Assembly: GCA_035406965.1 (NCBI GenBank)
Contig: DAONZU010000002.1
Location: 1-53,485, forward strand
Direction of reading: 5' to 3'
Length of the DNA: 53,485 bases
Source of the DNA: Bacteroidales bacterium
GTDB taxonomy: Bacteria > Bacteroidota > Bacteroidia > Bacteroidales > ML635J-15
The notes beneath the pieces were generated by a model. That model did not search any database. It was given only the letters and a program-made list of their open reading frames with translations, and was not told where the DNA came from. This document shows, piece after piece, positions 27,516 through 37,473 of the stretch (position 1 is the stretch's first letter; each line of letters begins with the position of its first letter). The position numbers and the translations under genes are program-made.

Positions 27516-28262
27516 ATGGCTGGACATAGTAAATGGTCAACAATTAAACGCAAAAAAGGTGCTTTAGATGCAAAAAGGTCTAAAATGTTTTCTAAATTTT
27601 CAAAAGAAATTACTATTGCTGTTAAAGAAGGTGGCGGACACGATCCAGATTATAACTCAAGATTAAGAATTGCTATCCAAAATGCCAAAGGTGTTAATAT
27701 GCCTAAAGATAATATTGAGAGAGCAATTAAAAGAGGCGACCAAGACGATGCTAATTTTCAAGAAGTTAGTTTTGAAGGCTACGGATCTCATGGTATTGCT
27801 ATTTTTGTTGAATGCCTAACAGACAATAATAATAGAACTGTAAGTTCGGTAAGAGCAGCTTTTAATAAATTTAATGGAACACTTGGTACAAATGGTTCTT
27901 TAAGTTTTCTTTTTGACAGAAAAGGAGTTTTCGATTTTGCAAAACCAGAAGATAAAGATTTTGACGAAATTCAAATGGAACTTATTGATGCAGGTGCCGA
28001 AGAAATCGAACTTGAAGACGGAAACGTTAATGTGGTTTGCTCTATTGAAGATTTTGGAAATATGAACAAAAAACTTGAAGAACTAAAAATTGAAGTAGAA
28101 AGTGCCGAACTTCAAAGAATACCTAACGATACAAAAACATTAAGTGTTGAAGAAGCTAAGTCTGTTTTAAAACTTATTGATGCTTTAGAAGACGATGATG
28201 ACGTACAAAATGTGTTTCATAACATGGAAATGACAGACGAAATCATTGAAGCAATGGAATAA
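27516..28262 (+). CDS. YebC/PmpR family DNA-binding transcriptional regulator
   Basis: 248 aa. MAGHSKWSTIKRKKGALDAKRSKMFSK is the canonical YebC N-terminus. A TATTTTTG -7 box lies at 27478-27485. Confidence 0.9.
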   Translation: MAGHSKWSTIKRKKGALDAKRSKMFSKFSKEITIAVKEGGGHDPDYNSRLRIAIQNAKGVNMPKDNIERAIKRGDQDDANFQEVSFEGYGSHGIAIFVECLTDNNNRTVSSVRAAFNKFNGTLGTNGSLSFLFDRKGVFDFAKPEDKDFDEIQMELIDAGAEEIELEDGNVNVVCSIEDFGNMNKKLEELKIEVESAELQRIPNDTKTLSVEEAKSVLKLIDALEDDDDVQNVFHNMEMTDEIIEAME

Positions 28263-28284
28263 ATCAATGCATACAATATTGAAA

Positions 28285-28318
28285 ATGAGCAATTTAGTTA
28301 AGTTGCTCATTTTTTTTG
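28285..28318 (+). terminator. Rho-independent terminator after the yebC-family gene
   Basis: Stem AATGAGCAA / TTGCTCATT followed by T8 (28311-28318). Confidence 0.7.
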
Positions 28319-28391
28319 TTTTTTTATACAAAAAATTTGTATAATTAAAAAAAAGTATGTTTATTTGCAGTCCCAAACAGAAATGGGAAAC

Positions 28392-28466
28392 GGTCCATTC
28401 GTCTAGGGGTTAGGACGTCAGGTTTTCATCCTGGTAACAGGGGTTCGATTCCCCTATGGACTGCCA
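28392..28466 (+). tRNA. tRNA-Glu (anticodon UUC), CCA encoded
   Basis: Hand-folded cloverleaf. Acceptor GGTCCAT/ATGGACT (G1-U72), D-stem GTCT/GGAC, anticodon stem TCAGG/CCTGG with loop TTTTCAT (TTC), 4-nt variable loop, T-arm AGGGG-TTCGATT-CCCCT, then G-CCA. Confidence 0.9.
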
Positions 28467-28473
28467 AACAAAA

Positions 28474-28514
28474 ATCCTTAATGTGCAGAATATCAACATG
28501 TTAAGGATTTTTTG
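28474..28514 (+). terminator. Hairpin + T-run terminator downstream of tRNA-Glu
   Basis: ATCCTTAA (28474-28481) pairs with TTAAGGAT (28501-28508), followed by a T6 run. Confidence 0.55.
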
Positions 28515-28545
28515 TTGAGAATACATCTATTACCTGCTTTCAGCG

Positions 28546-28618
28546 TTGCAACACCCAAAACAACATACCGTACTGATTATCAAAGAGTTAGGTGGGTGTT
28601 GCAAAAAAAAATGTACGG
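28546..28618. other. 12-bp perfect hairpin with potential pseudoknot (unclassified structured element)
   Basis: TTGCAACACCCA (28546-28557) pairs with TGGGTGTTGCAA (28593-28604). The loop hexamer CCGTAC (28568-28573) is complementary to GTACGG (28613-28618) downstream of the stem. Confidence 0.4.
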
Positions 28619-28734
28619 GAAACAGATGCAATTTATCAACACCTTAAGAATTTTTTATTAAAAAAGTAATACCTATTTTATAAATATAAAATTAAAAGTA
28701 TCTGCTCTTTTCTTCGAAGAAGTTTTGTTTTTTG

Positions 28735-28893
28735 TCAATTAAATATCTTCAAAAAATAAAAAAGAAACACAAATAATGCTAGAGCAAAAATCTGTAATGA
28801 AAATACCGCGGCTTTGAAATACAAATAAATAGCTAATAATGCCAACATTCCTGCTGTTATGTAAAATAAAATGCCTCGTTTTTCTTTTACCAT
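28735..28893 (-). CDS. Possible 52-aa two-TM membrane peptide (below ORF-track cutoff)
   Basis: My own translation: MVKEKRGILFYITAGMLALLAIYLYFKAAVFSLQIFALALFVFLFYFLKIFN*. It has two hydrophobic segments but no other support. Confidence 0.2.
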   Translation of the reverse strand: MVKEKRGILFYITAGMLALLAIYLYFKAAVFSLQIFALALFVFLFYFLKIFN

Positions 28894-29029
28894 GAAAAAG
28901 ATTTTAATAATCATTCAAGTTTCTTCAATAAACATTTTTTCAAACTGTTATTTTTCACAAACTATACCTATTATATTAATACTCCCAAAACTAATAAAAA
29001 AACTTGAATACTTATACTTTATCTCCTTG

Positions 29030-29103
29030 TGGAGTATATCGGACTCGAACCGATCACCTTTAGACTGCCAGTCTAACGCTCTAGCCAGATGAGCTAATAC
29101 CCC
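29030..29103 (-). tRNA. tRNA-Ala (anticodon GGC), no encoded CCA
   Basis: The reverse complement folds as GGGGTAT-TA-GCTC-ATCTGGCTA-GAGC-G-TTAGA-CTGGCAG-TCTAA-AGGTG-ATCGG-TTCGAGT-CCGAT-ATACTCC-A. The G3:U70 Ala identity pair is present. Confidence 0.9.
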
Positions 29104-29109
29104 GCCTCT

Positions 29110-30252
29110 TTATTCTTTTACAAATTTACCACCTGCAATTAGAGTATTATTTTTACCAAGAATTTGATATAAATAAACTCCTGAGCGGTAATTTGAAATA
29201 TCAATTAAAGTATTGTCTGATTGTAGTACAGACTTATTAATTAAACGACCATCTGTTGAAAAAATGTAAAGATCGTAATCTTCACAATTTTCAAGTGAGA
29301 AGTTAAGATATTTGTTAGCAGGATTTGGATAAACACTCAAATTGGCAACAATATCAGTATTAACAAAGCTTGTATATTCATATCTAAAAGTCATACTATG
29401 AATAGACAAATAATCAATACTATATTTTATTGTTAACATTGGTTTTTTATTGTCTTTTGTCCAATAATTATGATTAAAGCTTGTGTCTATCATTGGCAAT
29501 TCCATAGGCACACCAGGTAAAGTTCCAGCAGAGACATAGTTGCCGTTGCTTTTTTGTCTAAGCTGAACATCTACGAAAGTTATCATTTTTAAATCTTCTC
29601 TTAAATATTCATATTCGCCATTTTTAATAGAATCGCCTACAAACTTTATTGTACCAAATTCATCAAAAGTAGAATTTACATCAACTTGTACAAAAAATCT
29701 AACTGAATCATACATCGCTGCGAGCCAAGTATAATAGTCTCCTATCATTTCTTGAAAATCTGACAAGGGTCTTTTTTCCACAGCTACTCCTTGAGCAACA
29801 TTATCATCGTGCATATCACATGGGAAGTTATATAGTGCCACAGTTTCATCAAATTTTAGATTTATCATATCAGTATCACTCATAGGCATTTGTGTCTGCA
29901 TTCCTATAAGTTCAACCTTTTCTTCGGTAATTTTCAAGTGCATTACATATCCTTCTTTAGTTAAATAAGTACAGTTAGCTTCTTCAAAAATACTATCAGT
30001 ATCAAATTCAGAAGGTTGATAATAAATTGCTGGTTCTACCATTGTTAATGGAAAAGCAGACTGCGACCCAAAGACTAAATCTTCAGGCATAACTTCTTGA
30101 GTTGCAATGCAATCTTCATCATTTTCAAATCCATAATAAATTTCAGGGATAGTATCATTTGCTTGAAACACATCACTTCTTACTATTGAAATTTGCGAAA
30201 ATGCAAATATAGTGCTCAGTAAACATAAAGAGCTAAACAATAACTTTTTCAT
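29110..30252 (-). CDS. Secreted protein of unknown function with T9SS C-terminal sorting domain
   Basis: 380 aa with a signal peptide (MKKLLFSSLCLLSTIFAFSQ). The C-terminus VYPNPANKYLNF...IFSTDGRLI...SGVYLYQI matches the Por_Secre_tail pattern. Confidence 0.65.
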   Translation of the reverse strand: MKKLLFSSLCLLSTIFAFSQISIVRSDVFQANDTIPEIYYGFENDEDCIATQEVMPEDLVFGSQSAFPLTMVEPAIYYQPSEFDTDSIFEEANCTYLTKEGYVMHLKITEEKVELIGMQTQMPMSDTDMINLKFDETVALYNFPCDMHDDNVAQGVAVEKRPLSDFQEMIGDYYTWLAAMYDSVRFFVQVDVNSTFDEFGTIKFVGDSIKNGEYEYLREDLKMITFVDVQLRQKSNGNYVSAGTLPGVPMELPMIDTSFNHNYWTKDNKKPMLTIKYSIDYLSIHSMTFRYEYTSFVNTDIVANLSVYPNPANKYLNFSLENCEDYDLYIFSTDGRLINKSVLQSDNTLIDISNYRSGVYLYQILGKNNTLIAGGKFVKE

Positions 30253-30264
30253 GGCTAAATAATT

Positions 30265-30678
30265 TTAATTAAATACTGTTTGTTCATTAATTTGAATTTT
30301 TGCTTCGGCAGTTTTATCATTTTCTAAGATTAAAATACCTATACCTCTACGTTCAAATGGATGAGTACGGTCTGTACCTTTTGTAACCTCTACCTTGTAA
30401 ATAGATTCGTATTTAAAATCATAATACACTTTTCCTTCTTTATCGGTATAAGAAGTATCTGCCACTCTTTTTGCTTCGTTAAGTAAATAAACCATAGTAT
30501 GAGAACTGTCTGAATTGGCTGCTTTAACAATTACTCGTGCATCTTGTACTGGGTTATTTTCCTCATCAATAACGAAAACAACTGCTTTTGGTGGGTTAGG
30601 TTTTTTACAACCAAAACTCAAAAAAAAGCCTCCTAATATGATTGCGAAAAGTATCGCAAAATTTAAAAATCTTTTCAT
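30265..30678 (-). CDS. Small lipoprotein, unknown function
   Basis: I moved the start to the internal Met (MKRFLNFAILFAIILGGFFLSFGCKKPN, signal peptide plus lipobox). The 221-aa track ORF would run through the divergent PPIase gene start at 30755. Confidence 0.5.
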   Translation of the reverse strand: MKRFLNFAILFAIILGGFFLSFGCKKPNPPKAVVFVIDEENNPVQDARVIVKAANSDSSHTMVYLLNEAKRVADTSYTDKEGKVYYDFKYESIYKVEVTKGTDRTHPFERRGIGILILENDKTAEAKIQINEQTVFN

Positions 30679-30754
30679 AACTTTTATTAACAATTTTTTT
30701 TTAATTTTGTAAAGTACAATATTAGTAATTTTTTTAATATAATTCAAATTTTTT

Positions 30755-31618
30755 ATGAATATTAAAAATATTTTTTTTCTTCTATCTCTCATTTTAGTTT
30801 TTTGCTCATGTTCAAGCGTTAAAAAAGCAAGTAAAATCAATGAATATGCAGTACTTGAAACTTCAGAGGGCAGTATAATAATTGGTTTATACGAAGCAAC
30901 TCCTAAGCATAAAAATAATTTTATAGACAATGTAAATAAGCAAATTTACGACTCAGTTTTAATTTATTCTGTTGTTCCAAATGGCATTATTAAAATGGGT
31001 TTACCACAAAAAACTAAAGAAATTGATTATCTAAATCAAAATTATTATGAGTCAGAACTAAGTAGTGAAACAAATCCATACCTAATCAATAAGAAAGGTG
31101 CCGTAGGAATGTGGAGACTTCCAAATGAAAAAAATGTCAATAAATTTTCAGACAATAAATTGTTTTATATATGCGAAGGTATTCAAACAAGCGAAGAAAT
31201 TTTAAATACCTTAGTTGCTAAAAGAAATGCTCCTTTGATAGCTGATTATATAACAGGCTTATTAAAAGAACCTGAATATTTACATTTTGAAGATAGTTTA
31301 AATTACTATAAAACTAATGAAATGAAAAAGGAATGGGCTACATTATATAAACATTTAACTGAAAAAGTTGTTCCTAGAATTGAAAAAGATGGAAAAAAAT
31401 TATTTAAATTAAATGATTTTCAAAAAAACACATACACCACTATTGGCGGAATACCAATTTATGATTATGAATATGTTGTTTTTGGCGAAGTTGTTAAAGG
31501 AATGGACGTAGTAGAAACTATTAGTAAAGTTAAAATCGGACTTTTCAATAAGCCCAAAAAAGATATTTTTATTTTAAGCTCAAAAATAATTTCTAAAAAA
31601 GAGTTTAAAAAATTATAA
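30755..31618 (+). CDS. Cyclophilin-type peptidyl-prolyl isomerase with signal/lipobox and a large internal insertion
   Basis: 287 aa. LETSEGSIIIGLYEATPKHKNNFIDNV and the C-terminal VFGEVVKGMDVVETI are cyclophilin motifs. About 100 aa are inserted between the halves. Confidence 0.65.
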   Translation: MNIKNIFFLLSLILVFCSCSSVKKASKINEYAVLETSEGSIIIGLYEATPKHKNNFIDNVNKQIYDSVLIYSVVPNGIIKMGLPQKTKEIDYLNQNYYESELSSETNPYLINKKGAVGMWRLPNEKNVNKFSDNKLFYICEGIQTSEEILNTLVAKRNAPLIADYITGLLKEPEYLHFEDSLNYYKTNEMKKEWATLYKHLTEKVVPRIEKDGKKLFKLNDFQKNTYTTIGGIPIYDYEYVVFGEVVKGMDVVETISKVKIGLFNKPKKDIFILSSKIISKKEFKKL

Positions 31619-31661
31619 ATTTCAAAATAATGTTGTTAAATTAATTTTAAATAAATTTTAT

Positions 31662-34535
31662 ATGAAAAAGTTTTTTATATTTTGCTTTTTGCTTGTTTAT
31701 GCAAGTTTTTCTTATGCTCAAACAAAAGATTTAATTGTAAAATCTTATAAACTTAAAAATGGGCTATCAGTTTACTTAAATGAAGATCATTCTGTTCCTA
31801 ATGTATTAGGAGCTGTAATAATTAAAACAGGTGGAAAATATGACCCTGCTGATCATACTGGGACTTCCCATTATCTTGAACATATGATGTTTAAAGGTAC
31901 TGACCAACTTGGAACTATTAATTTTGAAAAAGAAAATGAGATTTTAGAAAAAATTTCGGAACTATACGAAACTTTAGCAAAAACTTCTGACGAAGATGAA
32001 CGCAAAAATATTCAAAAAGAAATAAATAAACTTTCTTTAGAAGCTGGTAAATTTGCAATTCCAAACGAGTTGGATTGCTTACTCGACCAAATAGGTTCTA
32101 GTATGGTAAATGCTTTTACTTCTGACGAAATTGTTGCATATTTCAATATGTTTCCAAATAATCAAATGGAAAAATGGCTAATTTTATACAGCCACAGATT
32201 TAAAAATCCTGTATTCAGGCTATTTCAATCAGAATTGGAAACTGTTTTTGAAGAAAAAAACATGTATGACGATGAGTTCATAACTCCTTTATTTGAAACT
32301 TTTTATAGCAACCTATACAAAAAGCATCCATACGGGACACAAACAGTAATTGGAAAAGCTGAGCATATAAAAAATCCTTCGCTAAGTAATATGAGAAAAA
32401 TGTTTAACACGTATTATGTGGCTAATAACATGGCTTTAGTTTTAACTGGGAATTTTAATATAGACCAAACAATACCTTTAATAGAAAAATATTTTGGCGA
32501 ATGGAAAGAAGGCAAAGTCCCTGAATTTCCAGAATATAAAGAAGAACCTTTTAATGGCATTGAAAGAGTAAATGTTAGAATGAGTCCAATAAAAATTGGT
32601 GCTTTAGCCTTTAGAACAGTCCCAACAAATCATAAAGATGAAGTTATTCTGAGTGTTTGTTCTGCACTGCTTAGCAATTCATCTCAAACTGGCTATTTAG
32701 ACAAGCTATCAACAAGCGGGAAATTAATGGCGGCATTTAACTTTGATGACATTAAAAATGATCACGGAGCAATGATAACAATTTTTGTTCCTAAAATTAT
32801 TGGACAATCTCTAAAAAAAGCAGAAAAATTAATTTTCACAGAAATTCAGAAACTTTATACAGATGAAATTGACGATAAATTTTTTGAAGCAATAAAATTA
32901 AATTTAGTTAAAGAATTTCAACAAGATTTAGAAGACCCAACAGATCGTGCTTTTTTGATTGGACAAGCATTTGTTATTGATAAACCATGGGAAGAGGTAC
33001 TTAAACTTCCTGAAGAAATAATGGCTGTTACAAAAGAAGATGCACGAAGAGTTGCCAGTCAATATTTTTCAGAAAATTATTTAGCACTGCATTCAAAAAT
33101 GGGATTTCCTAAAAAAGAAAAGTTAGAAAAACCTGGCTTCGACCCTATTATTCCAGAAAATACAGAAGCAAAATCTCAATTTGCCAAAAAGTTTGAAGAA
33201 ATAAAAGACGAACAATCAAAACCTGAATTTATAGATTTTGAAAAAGATCTTATAATGAAATTTAGCGATAATGGATTAACATATTTTCATGTAGAAAATA
33301 AAATCAATGATATCTTTAATATCAAACTCAAATTCAAATCTGGTAAACTTAAAGATGCTAGATATGAACAACTAGCCGAATATTTATCTTTAGTTGGTAG
33401 CAAAGATATGCCTTTTGATGAATTTAATAAAGCACTTCAAGAATATGGCTGTACTTTTGATATTGAAGCTAGCAATAACTTTTTTATAATTTCAGTAGAT
33501 GGCTTTGATAAATATTTTAAAGAATCAATGAATTTAATAATGTCATTTATTCAAAATCCTGATGATGATAAATCTAAACTAAAAAAACTAAGAGAAAATG
33601 CAATGTTTACAAGAAGATATGAAGCAAGCTCTCCAGACGAATTGGGAGATGCACTATATAACTTCGGTGTGTATGGAATCAATTCGCCATATTTAAGACG
33701 CTTAACAACTAAACAAGTTTCTAGCTTAACAACTGAAAATTTATTAAGTTTGATGCAAGAATGTCTCACTTATGAATGCAACATACATTATTCAGGAACT
33801 TTAAAGCCAGATGAACTTATTGATTATTTTGAATCAACTTTGAAAGAAAGAAAGCCAAAAAGAAACGATAAATTTCCTATAGTTTTACCGCGTCAAGATT
33901 ACAAAGAGAATACCATTTTATTCTTAAATGATAAAAAATCTTTACAAAGTAAAATTTATTTTTACATTGATGGAAACGAAAATGATATGAAAGAAAGAGC
34001 TATTGCATCGGCATTTAACCAATATTTTGGGACAGGAATGTCGGCTTTAGTTTTTCAAGAAATTAGAGAGTTCCGCTCTATGGCTTATTCGGCTTACGCT
34101 GTTTATAGAAATGGTGAAACTTTAAAAGAAAAGGGATATTTAAAAGCATTTGTTGGAACTCAAGCCGACAAAACCATTGATGCTATATATATTATGGACA
34201 GCTTAATTCACAAAATGCCTGTAAAAGATGGACGAATAGATAATATAAAATCATCACTCTTACAATCAATAAACTCTAGTAAACCAAGCTGGAGAGAACT
34301 TAGCGAAACTATAGAATTATGGTTATTACAAGGATATAAAGAAGACCCAAGAATTGATAGGTTTAAAATTTTTAATTCTTTAAATTTTGAAAATATTTTA
34401 GCTTTTCATAAAATCAATATTCAAAAACGTCCTATGTTGATTACAATAGTTGGTAACAAAGAAAAAATTGATTTTAAAGAATTAGCAAAATTTGGAAATA
34501 TCATTGAGTTAGATAAAAAACAAATCTTAAATTAA
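31662..34535 (+). CDS. M16 (pitrilysin/insulinase) family zinc peptidase, double-length
   Basis: 957 aa with a signal peptide and the inverted zinc motif HYLEHMMFKGT (HxxEH) in the N-terminal quarter. Confidence 0.8.
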   Translation: MKKFFIFCFLLVYASFSYAQTKDLIVKSYKLKNGLSVYLNEDHSVPNVLGAVIIKTGGKYDPADHTGTSHYLEHMMFKGTDQLGTINFEKENEILEKISELYETLAKTSDEDERKNIQKEINKLSLEAGKFAIPNELDCLLDQIGSSMVNAFTSDEIVAYFNMFPNNQMEKWLILYSHRFKNPVFRLFQSELETVFEEKNMYDDEFITPLFETFYSNLYKKHPYGTQTVIGKAEHIKNPSLSNMRKMFNTYYVANNMALVLTGNFNIDQTIPLIEKYFGEWKEGKVPEFPEYKEEPFNGIERVNVRMSPIKIGALAFRTVPTNHKDEVILSVCSALLSNSSQTGYLDKLSTSGKLMAAFNFDDIKNDHGAMITIFVPKIIGQSLKKAEKLIFTEIQKLYTDEIDDKFFEAIKLNLVKEFQQDLEDPTDRAFLIGQAFVIDKPWEEVLKLPEEIMAVTKEDARRVASQYFSENYLALHSKMGFPKKEKLEKPGFDPIIPENTEAKSQFAKKFEEIKDEQSKPEFIDFEKDLIMKFSDNGLTYFHVENKINDIFNIKLKFKSGKLKDARYEQLAEYLSLVGSKDMPFDEFNKALQEYGCTFDIEASNNFFIISVDGFDKYFKESMNLIMSFIQNPDDDKSKLKKLRENAMFTRRYEASSPDELGDALYNFGVYGINSPYLRRLTTKQVSSLTTENLLSLMQECLTYECNIHYSGTLKPDELIDYFESTLKERKPKRNDKFPIVLPRQDYKENTILFLNDKKSLQSKIYFYIDGNENDMKERAIASAFNQYFGTGMSALVFQEIREFRSMAYSAYAVYRNGETLKEKGYLKAFVGTQADKTIDAIYIMDSLIHKMPVKDGRIDNIKSSLLQSINSSKPSWRELSETIELWLLQGYKEDPRIDRFKIFNSLNFENILAFHKINIQKRPMLITIVGNKEKIDFKELAKFGNIIELDKKQILN

Positions 34536-34558
34536 TTTTACTAAATACACTAAATAAT

Positions 34559-35830
34559 ATGAAGAAAACACTGTTGATTGTATTTTTATTTGTTAGCTTA
34601 TATTCGTTTTCGCAGACCACAATAAAATTAATGACATACAACTTATTGAATTTCAACAACTACACCTCATATTGTACTGCAGAAAACAATTCACATACAA
34701 ACAAAGCTGGATATTTAAAAACAATTGTACAAAACCAAGAACCTGACTTATTAGCTGTATGTGAACTTGGAGCAAGCCCTAGTGTTACATATACTATTAA
34801 TTATATATTAGGAAATAGTTTAAATGTTGGTGGAGTAACAAAATGGGCAGCAACAAATACTAGCAGTTCGGGTTATTTAGCAAATGGATTATTTTACGAT
34901 AAAAACAAATTTGAATACATCGGTCATGAGGTAGTTGCAACAGGCATTAGAGACATCAATATTTATAAGTTGAAATATATTGAAAATGGCGAAAATTTTT
35001 TAATGAATATTGTTGTTTTGCATTTAAAAGCTGGAAACTCAAGTTCTGATGCAACTCAGCGTAGCGAAATGATTGATTATTTAATGACTACAATTAGCAA
35101 TCTTGGCAGTAATAATGAAAACTTTATTGTTACAGGCGACTTTAATGTTTATACTAGCAACGAAACAGCATTTCAAAAATTAATAAACCCTGATGATATT
35201 CAATATACATTTTATGATCCTGTAAATCAACTTGGAGCATGGGGTAATAATTACACATTTAGAGGACATCACACTCAGTCAACTCATTTAGACGACAACG
35301 ATTGCCACAGTTATGGTGGTATGAATGATAGATTTGATTTTATTTTAATTTCAGGCTCAATAAAAGATGGAAGTGCCAATATAAAATACAAAACAAATTC
35401 TTATAAAGCTGTTGGGCAAGATGGTTTAAGATTTAACAAAGACTTACTAAATCCTACTAACACTAGCTTGCCACAAGAAGTTATTACAGCTCTTTACGAA
35501 ATGAGCGACCACCTACCTGTTGTTGCAGAATTTTATATGGGAGAGCATAATAGTTCAATTTCCTTAACAACAGATCCGCAATTTTATGCAAATGTTGTAA
35601 ATCCTATTAACGATAATCTTATTTTTAAATTACAAACTATATATAAAAACAAGAAAATCAATCTTAGATTAATGAATATTTCTGGAGCTATAGTTTACGA
35701 AACGCAAATTCTAACTCAAACTGACCAAATTTATTCTTATGATATGACAGGTTTGAGCAAAGGAATTTATATTTTAAATTTTAATGGCGAAGGTATAAAC
35801 CAATCGGTAAAAATTGTTAAAACTGAATAA
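34559..35830 (+). CDS. Endonuclease/exonuclease/phosphatase (EEP) family protein with T9SS C-terminal sorting domain
   Basis: 423 aa. IKLMTYNLLNF, VTGDFNV and SDHLPVVAEF are EEP motifs. The C-terminal MNISGAIV...KGIYILNF matches the Por_Secre_tail pattern. Confidence 0.7.
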   Translation: MKKTLLIVFLFVSLYSFSQTTIKLMTYNLLNFNNYTSYCTAENNSHTNKAGYLKTIVQNQEPDLLAVCELGASPSVTYTINYILGNSLNVGGVTKWAATNTSSSGYLANGLFYDKNKFEYIGHEVVATGIRDINIYKLKYIENGENFLMNIVVLHLKAGNSSSDATQRSEMIDYLMTTISNLGSNNENFIVTGDFNVYTSNETAFQKLINPDDIQYTFYDPVNQLGAWGNNYTFRGHHTQSTHLDDNDCHSYGGMNDRFDFILISGSIKDGSANIKYKTNSYKAVGQDGLRFNKDLLNPTNTSLPQEVITALYEMSDHLPVVAEFYMGEHNSSISLTTDPQFYANVVNPINDNLIFKLQTIYKNKKINLRLMNISGAIVYETQILTQTDQIYSYDMTGLSKGIYILNFNGEGINQSVKIVKTE

Positions 35831-35836
35831 TCTAAA

Positions 35837-36298
35837 ATGTCAAAAGATTATAGCCGACTAATTAAAAAATTGATAAGTTTAGATTCTAAAAAAGTAGATG
35901 AATATTTTCATTCTCTCAATAAACAAGAGTTTGAAAAAATTAATTGCTTAGAATGTGCTAATTGTTGTAAAAATTTAGGTCCTTTGCTTACAGATAGCGA
36001 TATTACCAGATTATCAAAACATTTAAAAATTAAGCCTTCCGAATTTGTAGAACAATATTTACGAATTGACGAAGACAATGATTATGTTTTCAAAACCATG
36101 CCTTGTCCATTTTTACAAGATGATAATTATTGCTCAGTTTATGAATTTCGACCAAAAGCATGTAAAGGATATCCACATACAGACAGAAAAAACATTTTAG
36201 GAATTTTAGACATTTGCATAAAAAACACAGAAATTTGTCCAGCAGTAGCAAATATCTTCAACAAACTAAATAACGACAAATTTCTAATGAAAACTTAA
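35837..36298 (+). CDS. YkgJ-family cysteine-cluster (Fe/Zn-binding) protein
   Basis: 153 aa. CLECANCCK ... CPFL...YCSVYEFRPKACKGYP is the UPF0153/YkgJ pattern. Confidence 0.7.
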   Translation: MSKDYSRLIKKLISLDSKKVDEYFHSLNKQEFEKINCLECANCCKNLGPLLTDSDITRLSKHLKIKPSEFVEQYLRIDEDNDYVFKTMPCPFLQDDNYCSVYEFRPKACKGYPHTDRKNILGILDICIKNTEICPAVANIFNKLNNDKFLMKT

Positions 36299-36356
36299 AC
36301 AATAATAAATTTGCAAATTCGTTTATAATAATATTATTTTGTAAAAATTCTTGTTG

Positions 36357-37439
36357 ATGAAAAAACTTATTGCAAATATATTTTTAATTTTTACGATAAG
36401 CTTTTTATTTGCTCAGTCTGGTGGCAGAAACACTTATGAGTTTTTGAATTTACCTTCAGGTGTTAGAACTGCGGCTTTAGGAGGAGTGAATGTTTCTCAC
36501 TATGATGATGATATTTCTTTTATTTTAAGCAATCCAGCACTGCTAAAAACTAATATGAATGAAAAAGTTACTCTAAATTACATCAACTATATTAGCGATA
36601 TAAATTTTGGATATGCTTCATATGCTCGTGAGTTTAAAAATATTGGAATGTTTGCTGCAGGTTTGCAATATATAAATTACGGAAATTTTCTTTATGCAGA
36701 TGAGTTTGGAGATATTCACGGAGATTTTTCAGCAGCTGAATATGCTCTTAATATAAGCTACGCAAACCAATTTAACTCTAAGTTTCGCTATGGCGGAAGT
36801 TTAAAAGCTATTTATTCAGATTTTTACCAATACTTCTCGTCAGGAATTGCTTTAGACGCAGGAATATCTTATCTCGACACTGCAAAACTTTTTTCGGCAG
36901 GACTTGTAATAAAAAACGCCGGATTTCAACTAAAGCCTTACACTAAAGGTAATCAAGAGCCTTTACCTTTCGACATACAAATTGGAGTTACACAAAAACT
37001 AAAACATGCTCCTTTTAGGTTTTCAATAACTGCTCACAATTTAACAAGATGGAATTTACGTTATAAAAGTATTTTCGACAATACTTATGAATTAAACACA
37101 AGCGAAAACCTTGCCGACACAACTTTTGGTCAAAAATTAACAAAATTTATGAATGGCGTTGGCAGAGTTGGCGATGAGCTTATACGACATTTTGTTATTG
37201 GCGTTGAAATAGTACCTACAAATAATTTTTATCTTGCAGTTAGCTATAATTACCGTCGCCGAAGCGAAATGAGAATAGAAACAAGCCCAAAAATTGTTGG
37301 ACTTTCATTTGGTGCAGGAATTAAACTTTCAAAATTTAATATCTCTTATGCCTTAGCTTCTTATCACTTGGCTGGCATGTCTCACCACATTAGTTTAGGA
37401 TTAAATTTATCTGAATTTTATAAAAGCAAAAAGTTATAA
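36357..37439 (+). CDS. porQ: Type IX secretion system outer-membrane protein PorQ family
   Basis: Start set at the ATG (MKKLIANIF...) rather than the upstream TTG. SGGRNTYEFLNLPSGVRTAALGG near the N-terminus is characteristic of PorQ-family beta-barrels. Confidence 0.65.
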   Translation: MKKLIANIFLIFTISFLFAQSGGRNTYEFLNLPSGVRTAALGGVNVSHYDDDISFILSNPALLKTNMNEKVTLNYINYISDINFGYASYAREFKNIGMFAAGLQYINYGNFLYADEFGDIHGDFSAAEYALNISYANQFNSKFRYGGSLKAIYSDFYQYFSSGIALDAGISYLDTAKLFSAGLVIKNAGFQLKPYTKGNQEPLPFDIQIGVTQKLKHAPFRFSITAHNLTRWNLRYKSIFDNTYELNTSENLADTTFGQKLTKFMNGVGRVGDELIRHFVIGVEIVPTNNFYLAVSYNYRRRSEMRIETSPKIVGLSFGAGIKLSKFNISYALASYHLAGMSHHISLGLNLSEFYKSKKL

Positions 37440-37473
37440 AAATCAACTTTATAAACTTTTGACTTTATGAACT

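Noticed and set aside
28871-29092. 73-aa plus-strand ORF
   Set aside because: Its 3' part is antisense to the clearly folding tRNA-Ala gene (29030-29103), and the rest is low-complexity AT-rich sequence.
30679-30930. N-terminal 84 codons of the 221-aa track ORF 30265..30930
   Set aside because: The extension overlaps the divergent PPIase gene start (30755). The internal Met at 30678 begins a textbook signal peptide and lipobox, so I called the shorter CDS.
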